Shown: positions 24,974 to 36,257 of the stretch, piece after piece
Layout: the number at the start of each line of letters is the position of its first letter
Position numbering within the stretch: the stretch's first letter is position 1
NCBI GenBank assembly: GCA_010015585.1
Contig: ML975158.1
Reading direction: 5' to 3' (one strand)
Length of the DNA: 64,000 bases
DNA from: Eremomyces bilateralis CBS 781.70
Lineage: Eukaryota
The notes under the pieces: generated by a model
What the model was told of the DNA's origin: nothing
What the model saw: the letters and a program-made list of their open reading frames with translations, nothing else
The model's database searches: none
Program-made: the position numbers and the translations under genes

Positions 24974-26699
24974 TAACAGCAAGGGCGATAACAATCTTGT
25001 GTCATTGTTCGGTTTGGGTACGTTGATTAGACTCCGCGGGCAGCGATGGTTCAAGCGAGCACGGTCAAGAGTCATTGATAAGAAACTGGCGCAATAGTTA
25101 ATTTTTGGATATTAATCGCGTAAGTCTTTAATAGAACTGTTCTCTTACCTTCCCTAATTGTTCTCGTCGGGATTCCAACCGGACAGTATACATGCTTTAA
25201 TATGCCAAGGTGTCCGTAGAGGCAAAGGCTGATGGGAGATTTCGACTGATGTATAATAGGCCGCTGGTTCGTATTTAATGGACCTGGTCATGTCATCTAG
25301 CTGATCGGTCTACGCCATCCTCTCTTGAATCGTGCCAGTCATCAGGGAATCGATATCGTTGAAACAGTTGAGTGATACCACAGCTGCGGTGTGTTCCACG
25401 GCGGTATACGATTGTATTTACCATATGTCCCATCGCAGGCAGATTTAGAATGCCGTTTGATATTCCAATTTTGCAGCCACCCTGGCTAGGTGAGGGATCA
25501 GATCGAGGTGGTGCTTTGGAGTGGTTTGACAACCGATCTTCAAATTGACAGTTGGATACTGGTCAGGCTGTTGAATTATCGTCGGGAGCTGGAGTATCAA
25601 AGGCGTCCATTCCCTGTCCGTCACGCAGTTACCCGTATCCGCAAAGGATAGTTTTCTTCCCCACCTCCCGGAATCCTTCCCTATTTTCCATCGTCTAGCC
25701 GGATGCTCGTTGCTGTGTCATGAGGCAGCATTTGAGCTCGTATCTGCCTCCGATCGGGGTTTCCAATTTTCTCTACACGTGAAAGGTATCCTCCAAGCTC
25801 GTTGAATCGGTACTGGAACAAAATCCAGGGGTCCGGCGTATTGTCATGGCACTGCAAGGCAAAGAAATAAACACTTACTTGCTTCACTAATAGTCGTCAA
25901 TACCAAGGAAAATGTCTCGGAGAGCAGCCACACTCTCGAAATTTCACATATGAGAAGAGAGCCTTGGTAACGTTCTGCGAGTTCGGAAAATAGCCATGCA
26001 CGGTGACGGTCAAAATATAGCTTCGATCAAAAAGACTCATAGTCAGATTTCGGTAGCTCCCGTACAGTTTCAGAAACCGCTGCCGGATAATTCAACCGTT
26101 CCGATTGTATCGTCGCTCAGTAATACCGCTCATTCAATCCACAAGGTCGGATAAGTTGGGAAAAGTTATGGGAGGAGATAATGTTGATGAACCTATCCTC
26201 AGTTTGAGCGGTCACGGTTGAGATTGTGATCGGCATTAGGAGGATGCAGCTCTAATTGGTTGATTTGAGTACGATATCAAAGTACCTCCAGTCTTGGCGT
26301 TTATGAGTCTTCGTTCTTCTTCAACGTCCTGTGAGAATTATCTCCTTGATACAGACCACACAATATCAAATTCTGTTATCGACTCTCTCGGGAATCTTAG
26401 TAAAATGAAATAGTCATCCACAGTCGTTCCTTAGACCAATGAGATTCTCCTCGTCCCTAATGTAGAAAATATCCGACTGTAGTCTTCGGCATTCTGTCGC
26501 GTAGAGTTATCCACTGGCGTAGCGGTAGTTGGAGAAGACCCTTTCTTAGTTGGCACCAGTGGTCGGAAATTGATCTTGAACTGCTCTAATTATAAGATCC
26601 CAGACTTCGCCTGACATCATCCACGTTCCATGTACGCGCGCAATGGACTATGGCCATTGCTGAAATAAGGCACACTAATGAGTTGTCGTTGTTCGTCTC

Positions 26700-28222
26700 T
26701 GCAGCTAGCGTCGAGGCGTAGCTGTATTGCATGGTCTCTCCTCATAGGTACTGCTGGGGTAAATTCTCCCTTATATAGTCAGAGCATGCAGATTCGGCTT
26801 GAAGGACCTCCTTGATGTCTTCTCCGTCCATGTCACCCGCGTCCTTGGCAGCCCATCCTGCTGCAATGGGACTCACGGATGCCACCCTGTCCAGTATAAT
26901 ACAAGGAAGCTCCATTGCTATTATGGGGAACAGTTTGCGTTTCCCAGGTTTCCCAGGTTCCCCAGCTGGCTTGATATATGTGGGATGGGCCGGAGCGCTA
27001 TTACGAGGCAGCGAACATGGCTTAAATTTTAGCGGAATCTGTCTTTGGACGAGCGTTCCACCTGCTCACCACTCCACCTGATGCTGGAACAAGGGTTCCC
27101 CAGGCTCCCTCCAGTCAGGCACCCAAGATGGCAGAGCATCATCATTCTGCTGGGAAAGGCCGGCCTGTCTCACCGCGCTCATCCACCCACTTCTATAAAT
27201 GTGCTGAGCCGCATCGGTGTAAATGATTTGCCACGGCAATTTGTAGTCGATTCGAACAGCCTATTCGGTCGGTTCGATAGGACGTCCTAGAATAGCGTAT
27301 GCCTTGTCCTCAGCATTCGTGACCAAGCAGTAGGAAGTGTCTTCGATCATACCATAAAAGGTAAAGGCCATTCTTATGCCAATACGTTCCTTGATACCGT
27401 TTACCCTTGCAAATAGGTTGGTTTGGATACATTGGACTGCCACCAAGCCGGGTTGGATGTCGTAGCACTGGTACTCAAACCAGTCAGGCCAGTCTAAGTT
27501 TAGATCCGATGAGGTGAAAAGCCATGCCAATGAGAAAAATTGTTCCCAAGAGACCTGCCACTTCCCACACATGACAACAGTATCTTCGCAAACGGCAGCC
27601 TCCTGTTGAATCCAGACTCTTCTGGCCCAGGGGCAGTTAGGGAGTGTAATGAGCCCTTTCACCACACGTCTATTCTATAGAGAATAGACTAGATCGTGGA
27701 ACAGTAACGACTTTGGAATAATCAAACTTGAAGGAATATATCCATATTTTGTTTGCTTTGCAAACTCTTGGACCAATTTGTCCCCAGGGACGTTGGACAA
27801 GTAATACATCGCCATATCGCTGTCGTTTTGTTTCTCACCCAAACATACCACAACTGACCTAGCAAGGGTGTAGGTTTCATTCATGAATGCGACTAGCCCG
27901 GATTTCTCATCGTCGTCATTTTGATCGATATAGATGGCATCCATACAAAACAAATAATCGTGAATCACAGGGCGCAGGTGGTGGAGAAACCTGACGGCGT
28001 TCAAATTCGCCTGAAATGGCTGGCCGTTGCAGCTTATTTCTCTTGTAATCTTTGGCCCCCCTCATGTGTATTAGCTGGCTTCAAACACTCCTCTTGCTTG
28101 ATCCAAATGAGAATAGACAAGCTCAACGGAGACCTGGCTACACTCAGCTACCCAGGCAGAAGCCTGAGGAAGCGGATGAGCTTCTCGTCACTCAAAGGCT
28201 GGTATAAGGAGTCTTTAGTCAT
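26700..28222 (-). pseudogene. Disrupted HET-domain (heterokaryon incompatibility-like) gene
   Basis: Start MTKDSLYQPLSDEKLIRFLRLLPG is followed by an immediate TAG. Later fragments in changing frames: MDAIYIDQNDDDEKS..MNETY..ARSVVVCLG, WARRVWIQQEA, DKAYAILG, and LPSWVPDW (27111-27134). Several stops and frameshifts; the 3' limit is uncertain. Confidence 0.8.
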
Positions 28223-28726
28223 GGTGGAGCTAAATAATGAGTGTTCTGTACTGATTAGCATCACCTTTTAACACTTAATATGATAAATGCGAGACTCGGA
28301 TAATATAGAGAGGATTGTGCTTGATGAATGAGGAAAATCAGGAGGGCATCACAAACTGAAGCAAGTACGGTTTGTTGTCAGGGTGGCTGGGACACGAAGT
28401 CTCCGCTCACACAGCCACTGACAGGACAGCAACAGAACGCGCCTCAGTTGTTTGGAGTTCAAGTGTCCAGCCTGAAGTAACAACATGATCGCAAAATAGA
28501 AAAATAAATCAATAACATCCTCGACAAGATTTACTAGAAACCAGAAGGCCATACAGAGTCCCAAATCCTTCATCGCTGTATATTTATGGTTTAACATTTG
28601 ATACCCCGTCTCATCCAAAGACCCGTTCACAGTTGATACAGTGTTTCCTCAAGGCTACGGTCGCTAAGGGTACCTTGCGTTAATGAATGAAGCTGATTTA
28701 TGTAAGCCAGCCCAATTTGATATATC

Positions 28727-30834
28727 ATGGCTACTCGTGCTCTAGAGCTGTGTGTTTTCTGCAGGAAGCAGGAGTTCTTTGATCAGCAATGCTCCCTAGC
28801 AGAAAAGCGAGCTGCAATCATTGCTCGTCCGGTCAAATCGACGAAGCTGGCTCCAAGTTTCAGGCATGCCCCTCTTCTTCTGCAACCGGCAAAAAGCAGG
28901 GAGAGTGAATTGTGTCCGCGTTGTTCGGATTACAATATCCTGTCGAAGTTTGAGGCCGCCGACACGCTCGATGAACTTGATCGGGATGAGTTTGTCCGCG
29001 GAACTCACCAAGCGCATGACCTTAGCTTGGCGGTCATAAAACATCAAAACGAAGAGATATGCACAATCTCAACCTTGGATCGCTGGAGTCGTTGCAGTTG
29101 TTCTCGTCTTGTCCGCTCTGTCGGCTGATGTACAATTCATTTCCGTTTTCTGAGTTCCCCGAGCTGATGGACGACCTTTCGAACATTTCTATATCGCTTA
29201 TTCCATTCAGAACTTACGAACGATTGGACGAGTCCTGGAATGTTCCGAAAGATGACACTCTAAAAGCGTCTTATGCAATCTCTTTTGCTGTTGTTCTCAG
29301 CGGTTCGTCATTCAAACGTCTGAATTCGAGCCGTTTTGTGTCTGCAAGCGAAGGTGCAAATGCCTCATCCGTCATTGCTTTAGACCAATCCAGCGCTTTC
29401 TCAAACAGGACATCCTTAACGGGAGGAAAAATCAGGGAGCAACTAGATGCGTCTTTCGTGAAGGGATGGATCGAGCGATGTCAGACTTCTCACGGATCGA
29501 ACTGCGAAGTATCATTTTCAGATGACCTTCTCCAAGAGCGGGTGATTCATGTACCAAGCATGCAAATTGTACCGTGTCCGAAAAACTGCCGATATGCCGC
29601 TCTTTCTTATGTGTGGGGTGCCTACAAGAACGTCCGGATTCAGAATCTTCCGAGGACTCTGAAAAATTCTATCGAACTGGCGAGCATACTTGAGATCGAG
29701 TACATGTGGATTGATGCACTATGTGTGGATCAAGCGCCGGCGCCACTGAAGACGATCCAATTACAAATGATGGACAAGATTTATCAGTCGGCATGGGTGG
29801 CCTTCATAGTTGTTACGGGAGAAGACTCGAACTCTGGTTTGCCTGGGGTTGATTTGCGTCGTTCTCGGGCTCCATCACATGAGGAATATATCCAAGGTCG
29901 GAAGATTATATCGTCGCCTCCAAAATTATCTCTCTATGTGCAGGACTGCCCTTGGAGCAAGCGGGCGTGGACCTTTCAAGAAGGGATTCTCTGGAAGCGG
30001 CGACTGTTCTTGACGCCATATGATGCCATATATTGGTGCAATTCAGCACAATATTTTGAGGCCATCGACGAGACCAACGATCCACTGCACTGCCTTGGGA
30101 CGCCGGGTGCACGAGCAGACATTCCAAACGAGCCATCCAGGTTCTCAACTGCGGAGCGGGTGTTCTGCGATGAATTGGCAGCGTATACATCGCGGGAGAT
30201 GTTGTTTGATGCGGACTCTCTGAACGCGTTCCTTGGAATGTTAGCATTCTACAAGAGGCATTTCAAATTTCGAGATTTTGTTTGGGGTCTCCCTTTGCTC
30301 GACTTGCCGCAATCGCTGCGCTGGTTTCACGATAAAACCGTGACACCGAGGAGGCGCGATAAGTTCCCTAGCTGGAGTTGGGCGGGCTGGGAAGGGCGAG
30401 TGCGTTATAGTGAGGATTGGGAAATTAAGCCAAATGACCGAAGAAACAGTGCTGCGTTTGACATGAGCGTCTTGTTCCAGAAAGTCGACGGGCAACTACT
30501 GACAATACAAGGCTTCACAGTCCGCCTCAAGATCCGGACTGATCCATTCAGCGATGCATACGTGCCGAACACCGACATACTGCTCGGCTCTGTCAGAAAA
30601 CGGAATATGCTGCATAGCAACACGATCCCGACTGGGGAATATGACCTCCTGGTAATTCAGAGGCTCCGTTACAGGAGGACGCCAAACAGTCCCGAGAAAC
30701 AGGAGATCTTCATGTTATTATTGGACTGGAAAGGTACAATCGGATATCGCCTTACCAAAGTCCGGTTGTTCCTTGATCCTGGGGTCGATTTCGCGACTGC
30801 GATGCCGCGTCATTCTAGCCTTACTCTGGGCTAG
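28727..30834 (+). CDS. HET-domain protein with a probable frameshift near 29000-29060
   Basis: ORF 29059-30834 has YAALSYVWG, LPRT, YMWIDALCVDQ, MDKIYQSA, WSKRAWTFQEG and FPSWSWAGW. Upstream ORF 28727-29128 supplies an LCPRC motif in a different frame. Confidence 0.8.
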
Positions 30835-31919
30835 GTGGCTGTGGACGTTGGTCTCCCTTGACTAACTTACCATCACCCTTCACTTGGAACATGGTGGAGG
30901 TTGTATGGGACTTCGGGAGTGCATACCTGAATCGTCAGACTGACCTGTCCTACAAGGCTGAATCCAAATGGCCAAACTCAACGCCATGCCATGGTGGTTT
31001 GCACAGTCCCGCTACCAGTGGGTTAACACAACTTTTTGACGTGGAGAAAATATGGGATCATCACCTTTATGGTATTCTACGAACCTTATCCCCAATAACA
31101 TACGATCTGCTGACCATCAATGAGCAGAACCAGATGCAACAAGTCACAACCGTAGAATCGCGGTATCTCTGGTCTGAAGATTAGCGGCGTACAATCCGCA
31201 TTGGGATAGATTGTTTTGCTCCGCCGACAACAGTATTTGCTGTCTTCCCTTGACAACACTTGCCTAAGAGCGCGACAGGAATGACGAGGTGATTTCCCAA
31301 GTTATTCCTGGACTGGGCGGATCCATATTGATGCTACTGGGGTGTCGAAAGTCGATGCCGTTGGAGAACGGAAAGTTCGGACTGCTTCAAAAGATTTGAC
31401 ATGGATCAAGTGATTTGCCATCTGTCAAGCCGGACCTTATCACCCTCTGCTACGCGAGGGAGCTGTGGATGTTGAGGAAGCCATTCAGTCCGTCCCTTAT
31501 CTAGAACCCGACCCATGCCGTGTTTGTGCGCTTAGGGGCTCTGCAGATGTCCCAATTAGTGCAGTTGCCATGGTGGACTCTGTTGCACGGATTTAGGGCT
31601 GTCCGTTGGCCACAAATTGCTTTGTGTTTGAACTATTTCATTGACACTAACTGTGAAGGAAGTAGAGGACGCGGATCAACCCGGATTAGAATATGAGGCG
31701 CAGGTAGTTGGACTGAATGTTGTCCAATTCGGGAACGCTCGGATCGACATTCAAAATATGAATTGCGCGACTATTCTCGTTGAATGTGGATAAACTTTTG
31801 AGGAATAATCACCGACTTGGTTAGTCTTTTCGTTTAGCTCTTTCAAACTTCTGCGCGCTTATTGTAGTTATCGTATTCCCAAATCGCATAGTAATCCAAA
31901 CGCCAATCGTACACCTCCT

Positions 31920-32675
31920 CTACTCAAGCGAGAACCCCATTTCATACTCCATGATGCTGCGTGGCTCAACCGGAACTACTGGTCTCCCGGTGTTCACATT
32001 AATCTGCTCTTTCTGCTTCCTCCGAAGCAACTTCGAGTCATCCAACGCTTTCGGGAGGTTCCTATCGAAGCACACATAAGCTCTTATTAAAGCAGGCGAG
32101 TTGCATAGGAAAATAAAGGGGGCTAGATGATGAATTACCTCAACTCTCCATAGACCAGATAGCCCTGGTCCGAAAAGACTTCGGCAAGCTCGATTTGATG
32201 GTTATCGAGCAACTCCGGGTTTGGGACAACGATCAACGGCACGTCGAGCCGCATTGCGTCAAGGATTGTGCCAGAGCCTAGGAAATAGATAAGCAAAGCT
32301 GTACTATCCGCAAGACAAAAACGTCCAAATACCGGCATGACTAATCACCAGTCCTTCGCTGACGTCTTGAGATGCCTTGACGGCCCTCAGCTCAGATGTA
32401 AGACCATTAACATTTATGTCGAACCCCGAGATCTCTACCCAAGTTCCTAGAGCCGCTTGGTTCAGCCCTTTCGACAAGTCATCAAATAGCTCCTGCCCTC
32501 CTTTCCCATATTGAATGCGGAGCTCCGTAAACCCGTGCTTGTCAAGCGCCTGGACAAAAGATGGCTGTAAGCAGACGGAGATTAGGGATCTAAAGGAGGC
32601 GGTTGCGCCGATGGTGACGAAGCATCGTCTTTGATTTGGGATGGTGGCAGGGCGGACATGAGATGTGGATGCCAT
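31920..32675 (-). CDS. ALG13: UDP-GlcNAc transferase catalytic subunit (Glyco_tran_28_C fold), N-glycan LLO synthesis
   Basis: Inferred exons 32675-32333, 32277-32139 and 32061-31920. Motifs CFVTIGATASF, IQYG, ISHAGSGTILDA and IVVPNPELLDNHQIELA. Confidence 0.93.
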
Positions 32676-33105
32676 GATCGGCTTATATTGCTTGTACGAA
32701 ATCGACAGAACACATTGGTTCAATGAGAGGACTCGCCACCTGGAGGCTGATAGAACTTATATTGGATGACCATATTTATCGTGTATAAAATGAATTGATG
32801 AGCAGATGTCGAGGCTGAGTTGAGCGACGGCAGGAGGGATTTATGAATGCAGAATGCAATGCAATGCTGATGCTGATGCGATGCAGATCAGGATGCACGG
32901 TGGGACAACAGCAATCAGAATCAGAATCAGAATTGCAGGTGAGGCGATAAGGCAGAAACAATATGTTTTCCATGTCACGGATAGCCACAGCTTCGAAACA
33001 GAACGAATCAGATAAACATGAGCCAATCTCTTAATTATCACCAGGACAGGATGATTGTTTTGTGTTGGTACATGTATGATTTCATTGTCCTCTGGGTATC
33101 TTTCA

Positions 33106-34659
33106 TCAATCCTCTTTATCCTTATCATCCTCTTCCTCCTTTCTCTTCTTCGCCTTCTTCGCTCCCTTTTTTAGCGCCTTCACAACTTTCTCATCCTGCT
33201 CGTCTTCCGCTTCGTTCCAATCAACATCATACTCGGACGCTACGGCTTTGACCTCGCGACGAAGCGCGTTGCCTTCTTCGATTAATGTTTGCCATTTGTG
33301 CACGTCGAAACCTTTTTGGTTGTAGAGCTTGGATTGGCGCCGGGAGATCGAGAAGTTCATGGCGCTTTGATAGGAGACTTCGCGGTTATGGTAAAGGAAC
33401 CAGACGTAGCCCCCGATCAGGGTCGATAATCCGACAAGGTACTAGCGCTTGGTTAGAGTCATGAAAGGATGTTTTGGTTGGAACACATACAGTAACGGGC
33501 TCCATGAACTCTATCCATTGTAGGACCGGTTAGCAAGTCGTGTTTAAAAGACCCGTCTAGGATCGAACTTACCCCATCCGAGATCCGTCTCAAACGTGAG
33601 GCGGTATACCATATACCAATATACAACTAACACCCCGAATCCTCCGAGCGCCATTCTTCTCGCACCGCGATGTGCCAATTGGTTGCATTCCTTCTTCAAA
33701 TCCGCCATCCCTGCGATCTGGTGGCTCTTCTTCCTTAAGCGCATCCGCAAATAATACGTCCGGTCCTTGAAGCTCGGCACTCCCACCATGATCTGGTTCG
33801 GCGCGCCTTCGATCTCCACCGCAAACGTCTTCGCGCGTGCCGCATCGCGGATGAAGTCCCCCAATTCCGTCGATGATGACCATCTCACGAATTTCTCGTC
33901 TTCTTTCAGCTTCTCGTCTTTGCGATCTTGTCCAAGCCCGCTATACGATTCGACTCCGCCTTCTCCTGGCCGACCACGGAGCGTAGATTCCGCTACACCC
34001 GAGTCGGATGCATCCTTCAGCTTCCCTGTCTTCTGGACCTTCCCGTCTATGTTGACTTCATCCGCATCTTCGACATTTTCCGCTTCCGAGTTGTGTTGTT
34101 CGTCGGTTTCGTCCGACTCGGCAGTGTTGATCCTGTCGCCTATTGAGTTGACGGCGCGGAAGTAGACGTTGGGGACGCAGTCCTTGCCGTCGTGTTTGAT
34201 AAAGGGCAGTTCAGCTTGTATGAGTCGCTCGAGGTAGGAGAGTGGTTGTTGAGGGTGAACCAGAAGCGCGAGAGGTTCGACGTTCTTGCGGTCAGCGTTG
34301 TAATCGCGTGTCGTTAGTGGTAGGATGAGTTTAAGCATCCGTGATGGCGTCGTGAGGATTTTGCCCTTGGTCATCGCACTAGAACTCCGTAACCGTGCGA
34401 CTGGTGGTTGGCCTGTTCCCTCTCGATGCCATGGCGTTCGGATCCCTCTGCCCGACTCCTCTGCGATTCTCCGGTCGTAGTCAAGTTTTTCTTCTTTGGT
34501 GACATTGTGACTGAGGTTCTCTGCTGGCTGACTATATGATTTGTCTCCTTCCACGTCCACGAATACTCTGGAGGATTGCGAAAACGGGCGAAATGATACT
34601 CGTGTCCCTGCCGATCTGCAGCAGCCGCTGGCCGTGACGAGAAGGGCACAGGATCTCAT
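33106..34659 (-). CDS. MCU: Mitochondrial calcium uniporter pore subunit
   Basis: Arg/Ser-rich N-terminus resembling a mitochondrial presequence. LLVHPQQPLSYLERLIQAE N-terminal domain, coiled coil, then TM1-GWEFMEPVTY-TM2 and NREVSY. Inferred exons 34659-33573, 33510-33491 and 33441-33106. Confidence 0.93.
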
Positions 34660-34869
34660 TTCAAGACCATCTGAGAAAAGTAAAAGGGTTCTATGGGGAG
34701 TTCATGATCAATATGATGACATTGTTAATAAACTCCGTAACAAACGCTAATTTGAGATCTTTAAGGAGCACAAAAACAATATGGAGCAGCTTGCGGTGAG
34801 CTTGGGTAGCTCGATGTCGATCCTAGATTCAAGGATCTAGGATGGCAACGACGTCATACATACCAATTA

Positions 34870-34894
34870 CCGTATTCCGTATTCCGTATTCCGT
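34870..34894. repeat. Short tandem repeat (CCGTATT) x ~3.5
   Basis: ccgtattccgtattccgtattccgta in the MCU/GGCT divergent intergenic region. Confidence 0.7.
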
Positions 34895-35379
34895 AGATGG
34901 AGCTCCATTCAAAACCTCAGCAACATCCAGATGTGTAATCTCCAAATTTGAGAAACCGGAGTAAACAATACCTTCAGCGATGACAATGTAAATCCCGCCC
35001 ATCAAGAAACAAGTGATTCTTAGAAGTCATTAACACCGAGTTAGTTCTTTCATATACACTGCATTCACTTTGCTACTACGCCATTAGCTATCACAAGACC
35101 TATCCTATTCCTTAAGCATTCACCCCGATAATGAAACTTTTAAGACTTCTTTGAGCAGATATTTTTGAAAACCATACATGTCCCAATCTTTCACTTTGCC
35201 CCTCACGACTTGCGAGTGATTGCAAGTTAGTGATTCCATTACGCCAAAAAAGGATGTGCTCTGTCACCTCCGATAACTGAAACTCCATCATCAACCTGGA
35301 GCACGTATACGTATCATCTTGCAAAGCAGAAAGTCCCACATTTCACATTCGTCACCCTCATTTCATCCGATCATCAGTC

Positions 35380-35940
35380 ATGACTGTTCTCTACTTCTTT
35401 TACGGCTCTCTCCAAGATCCCGCGCAGATCCGTGGGGTGCTCGACCTGCCTGAAGCCCATGGCATCATCCTACGTCCGGCACGAATATCGGGCTACAACA
35501 TCAAGCTATGGGGCCCATATCCAGCGCTTATTCGCGACGAGCCGTCCAGGAATGAGGACACTACCGACGAACAATCCAAGGCCTATGTTGACGGGTCGGT
35601 TTTCGAAGTTCGGAGCGACAAACACGAGGCGCAGTTCCAATATTACGAAACACGCAACTACACTCCTCACTGGGTCCAGATTGAGGTCGGGACAGGAGTT
35701 GGGGTGCAGAGCGACGAGGCGTACGAGACGATAGCAGGGAAGACGTTCGTTTGGAACGGAGCAGCATCGGATCTCCAGGATGGCACTTTTGATTTGCAGG
35801 ACTTCCTGAGGCAAAAAGCTAGGTGGTTCAAGACTCTGAACGATGAAGTGGAGGAGGGGGAGATCAATTGCAAGCCGGTAGTGATGGAAATCAGGGAAAA
35901 CATCCACGCGGATATACATAGGGAAACCTTCGATGATTGA
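35380..35940 (+). CDS. Gamma-glutamylcyclotransferase / AIG2-like family protein
   Basis: 186 aa ORF with YFFYGSL, WGPYPAL, VDG and YYE motifs typical of the GGCT-like fold. Confidence 0.82.
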   Translation: MTVLYFFYGSLQDPAQIRGVLDLPEAHGIILRPARISGYNIKLWGPYPALIRDEPSRNEDTTDEQSKAYVDGSVFEVRSDKHEAQFQYYETRNYTPHWVQIEVGTGVGVQSDEAYETIAGKTFVWNGAASDLQDGTFDLQDFLRQKARWFKTLNDEVEEGEINCKPVVMEIRENIHADIHRETFDD

Positions 35941-36257
35941 AGCACACAACCTACCTAGGATAACGATCAGGATGCCAGGCGTGTCTGGAAAGGGTTCTGG
36001 TATCATATAGCGAAAAGATTGCGGAAAGGAGTCCAAGAACCCTTCTAAAAGTTCTTCAATCAATCAAACATGATTGGAATTCACATAACTATCCAATGAA
36101 CACTTCAAGATCACTGACATAGTGGAACCGTGTTATCCACCGAACTGGGCTCTACTACTTTCATATCCATTAGAATCATAAGACATTGGCTTTCAGTAAC
36201 GCTGGACTAGATGCTGTCTATCCATCCCTATACAACCGAAAGAGCGGCGTTAGCGCT

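Noticed and set aside
31920..32675. ALG13 (UDP-GlcNAc transferase) as a sixth GAG cluster member
   Set aside because: It is a core N-glycosylation gene, separated from uge3 by 7 kb including HET genes. Proximity is most simply chance.
32843..32935. ATGC- and AATCAG-type short repeats between ALG13 and MCU
   Set aside because: Ordinary microsatellite-like UTR sequence with no spacer structure; not an array.
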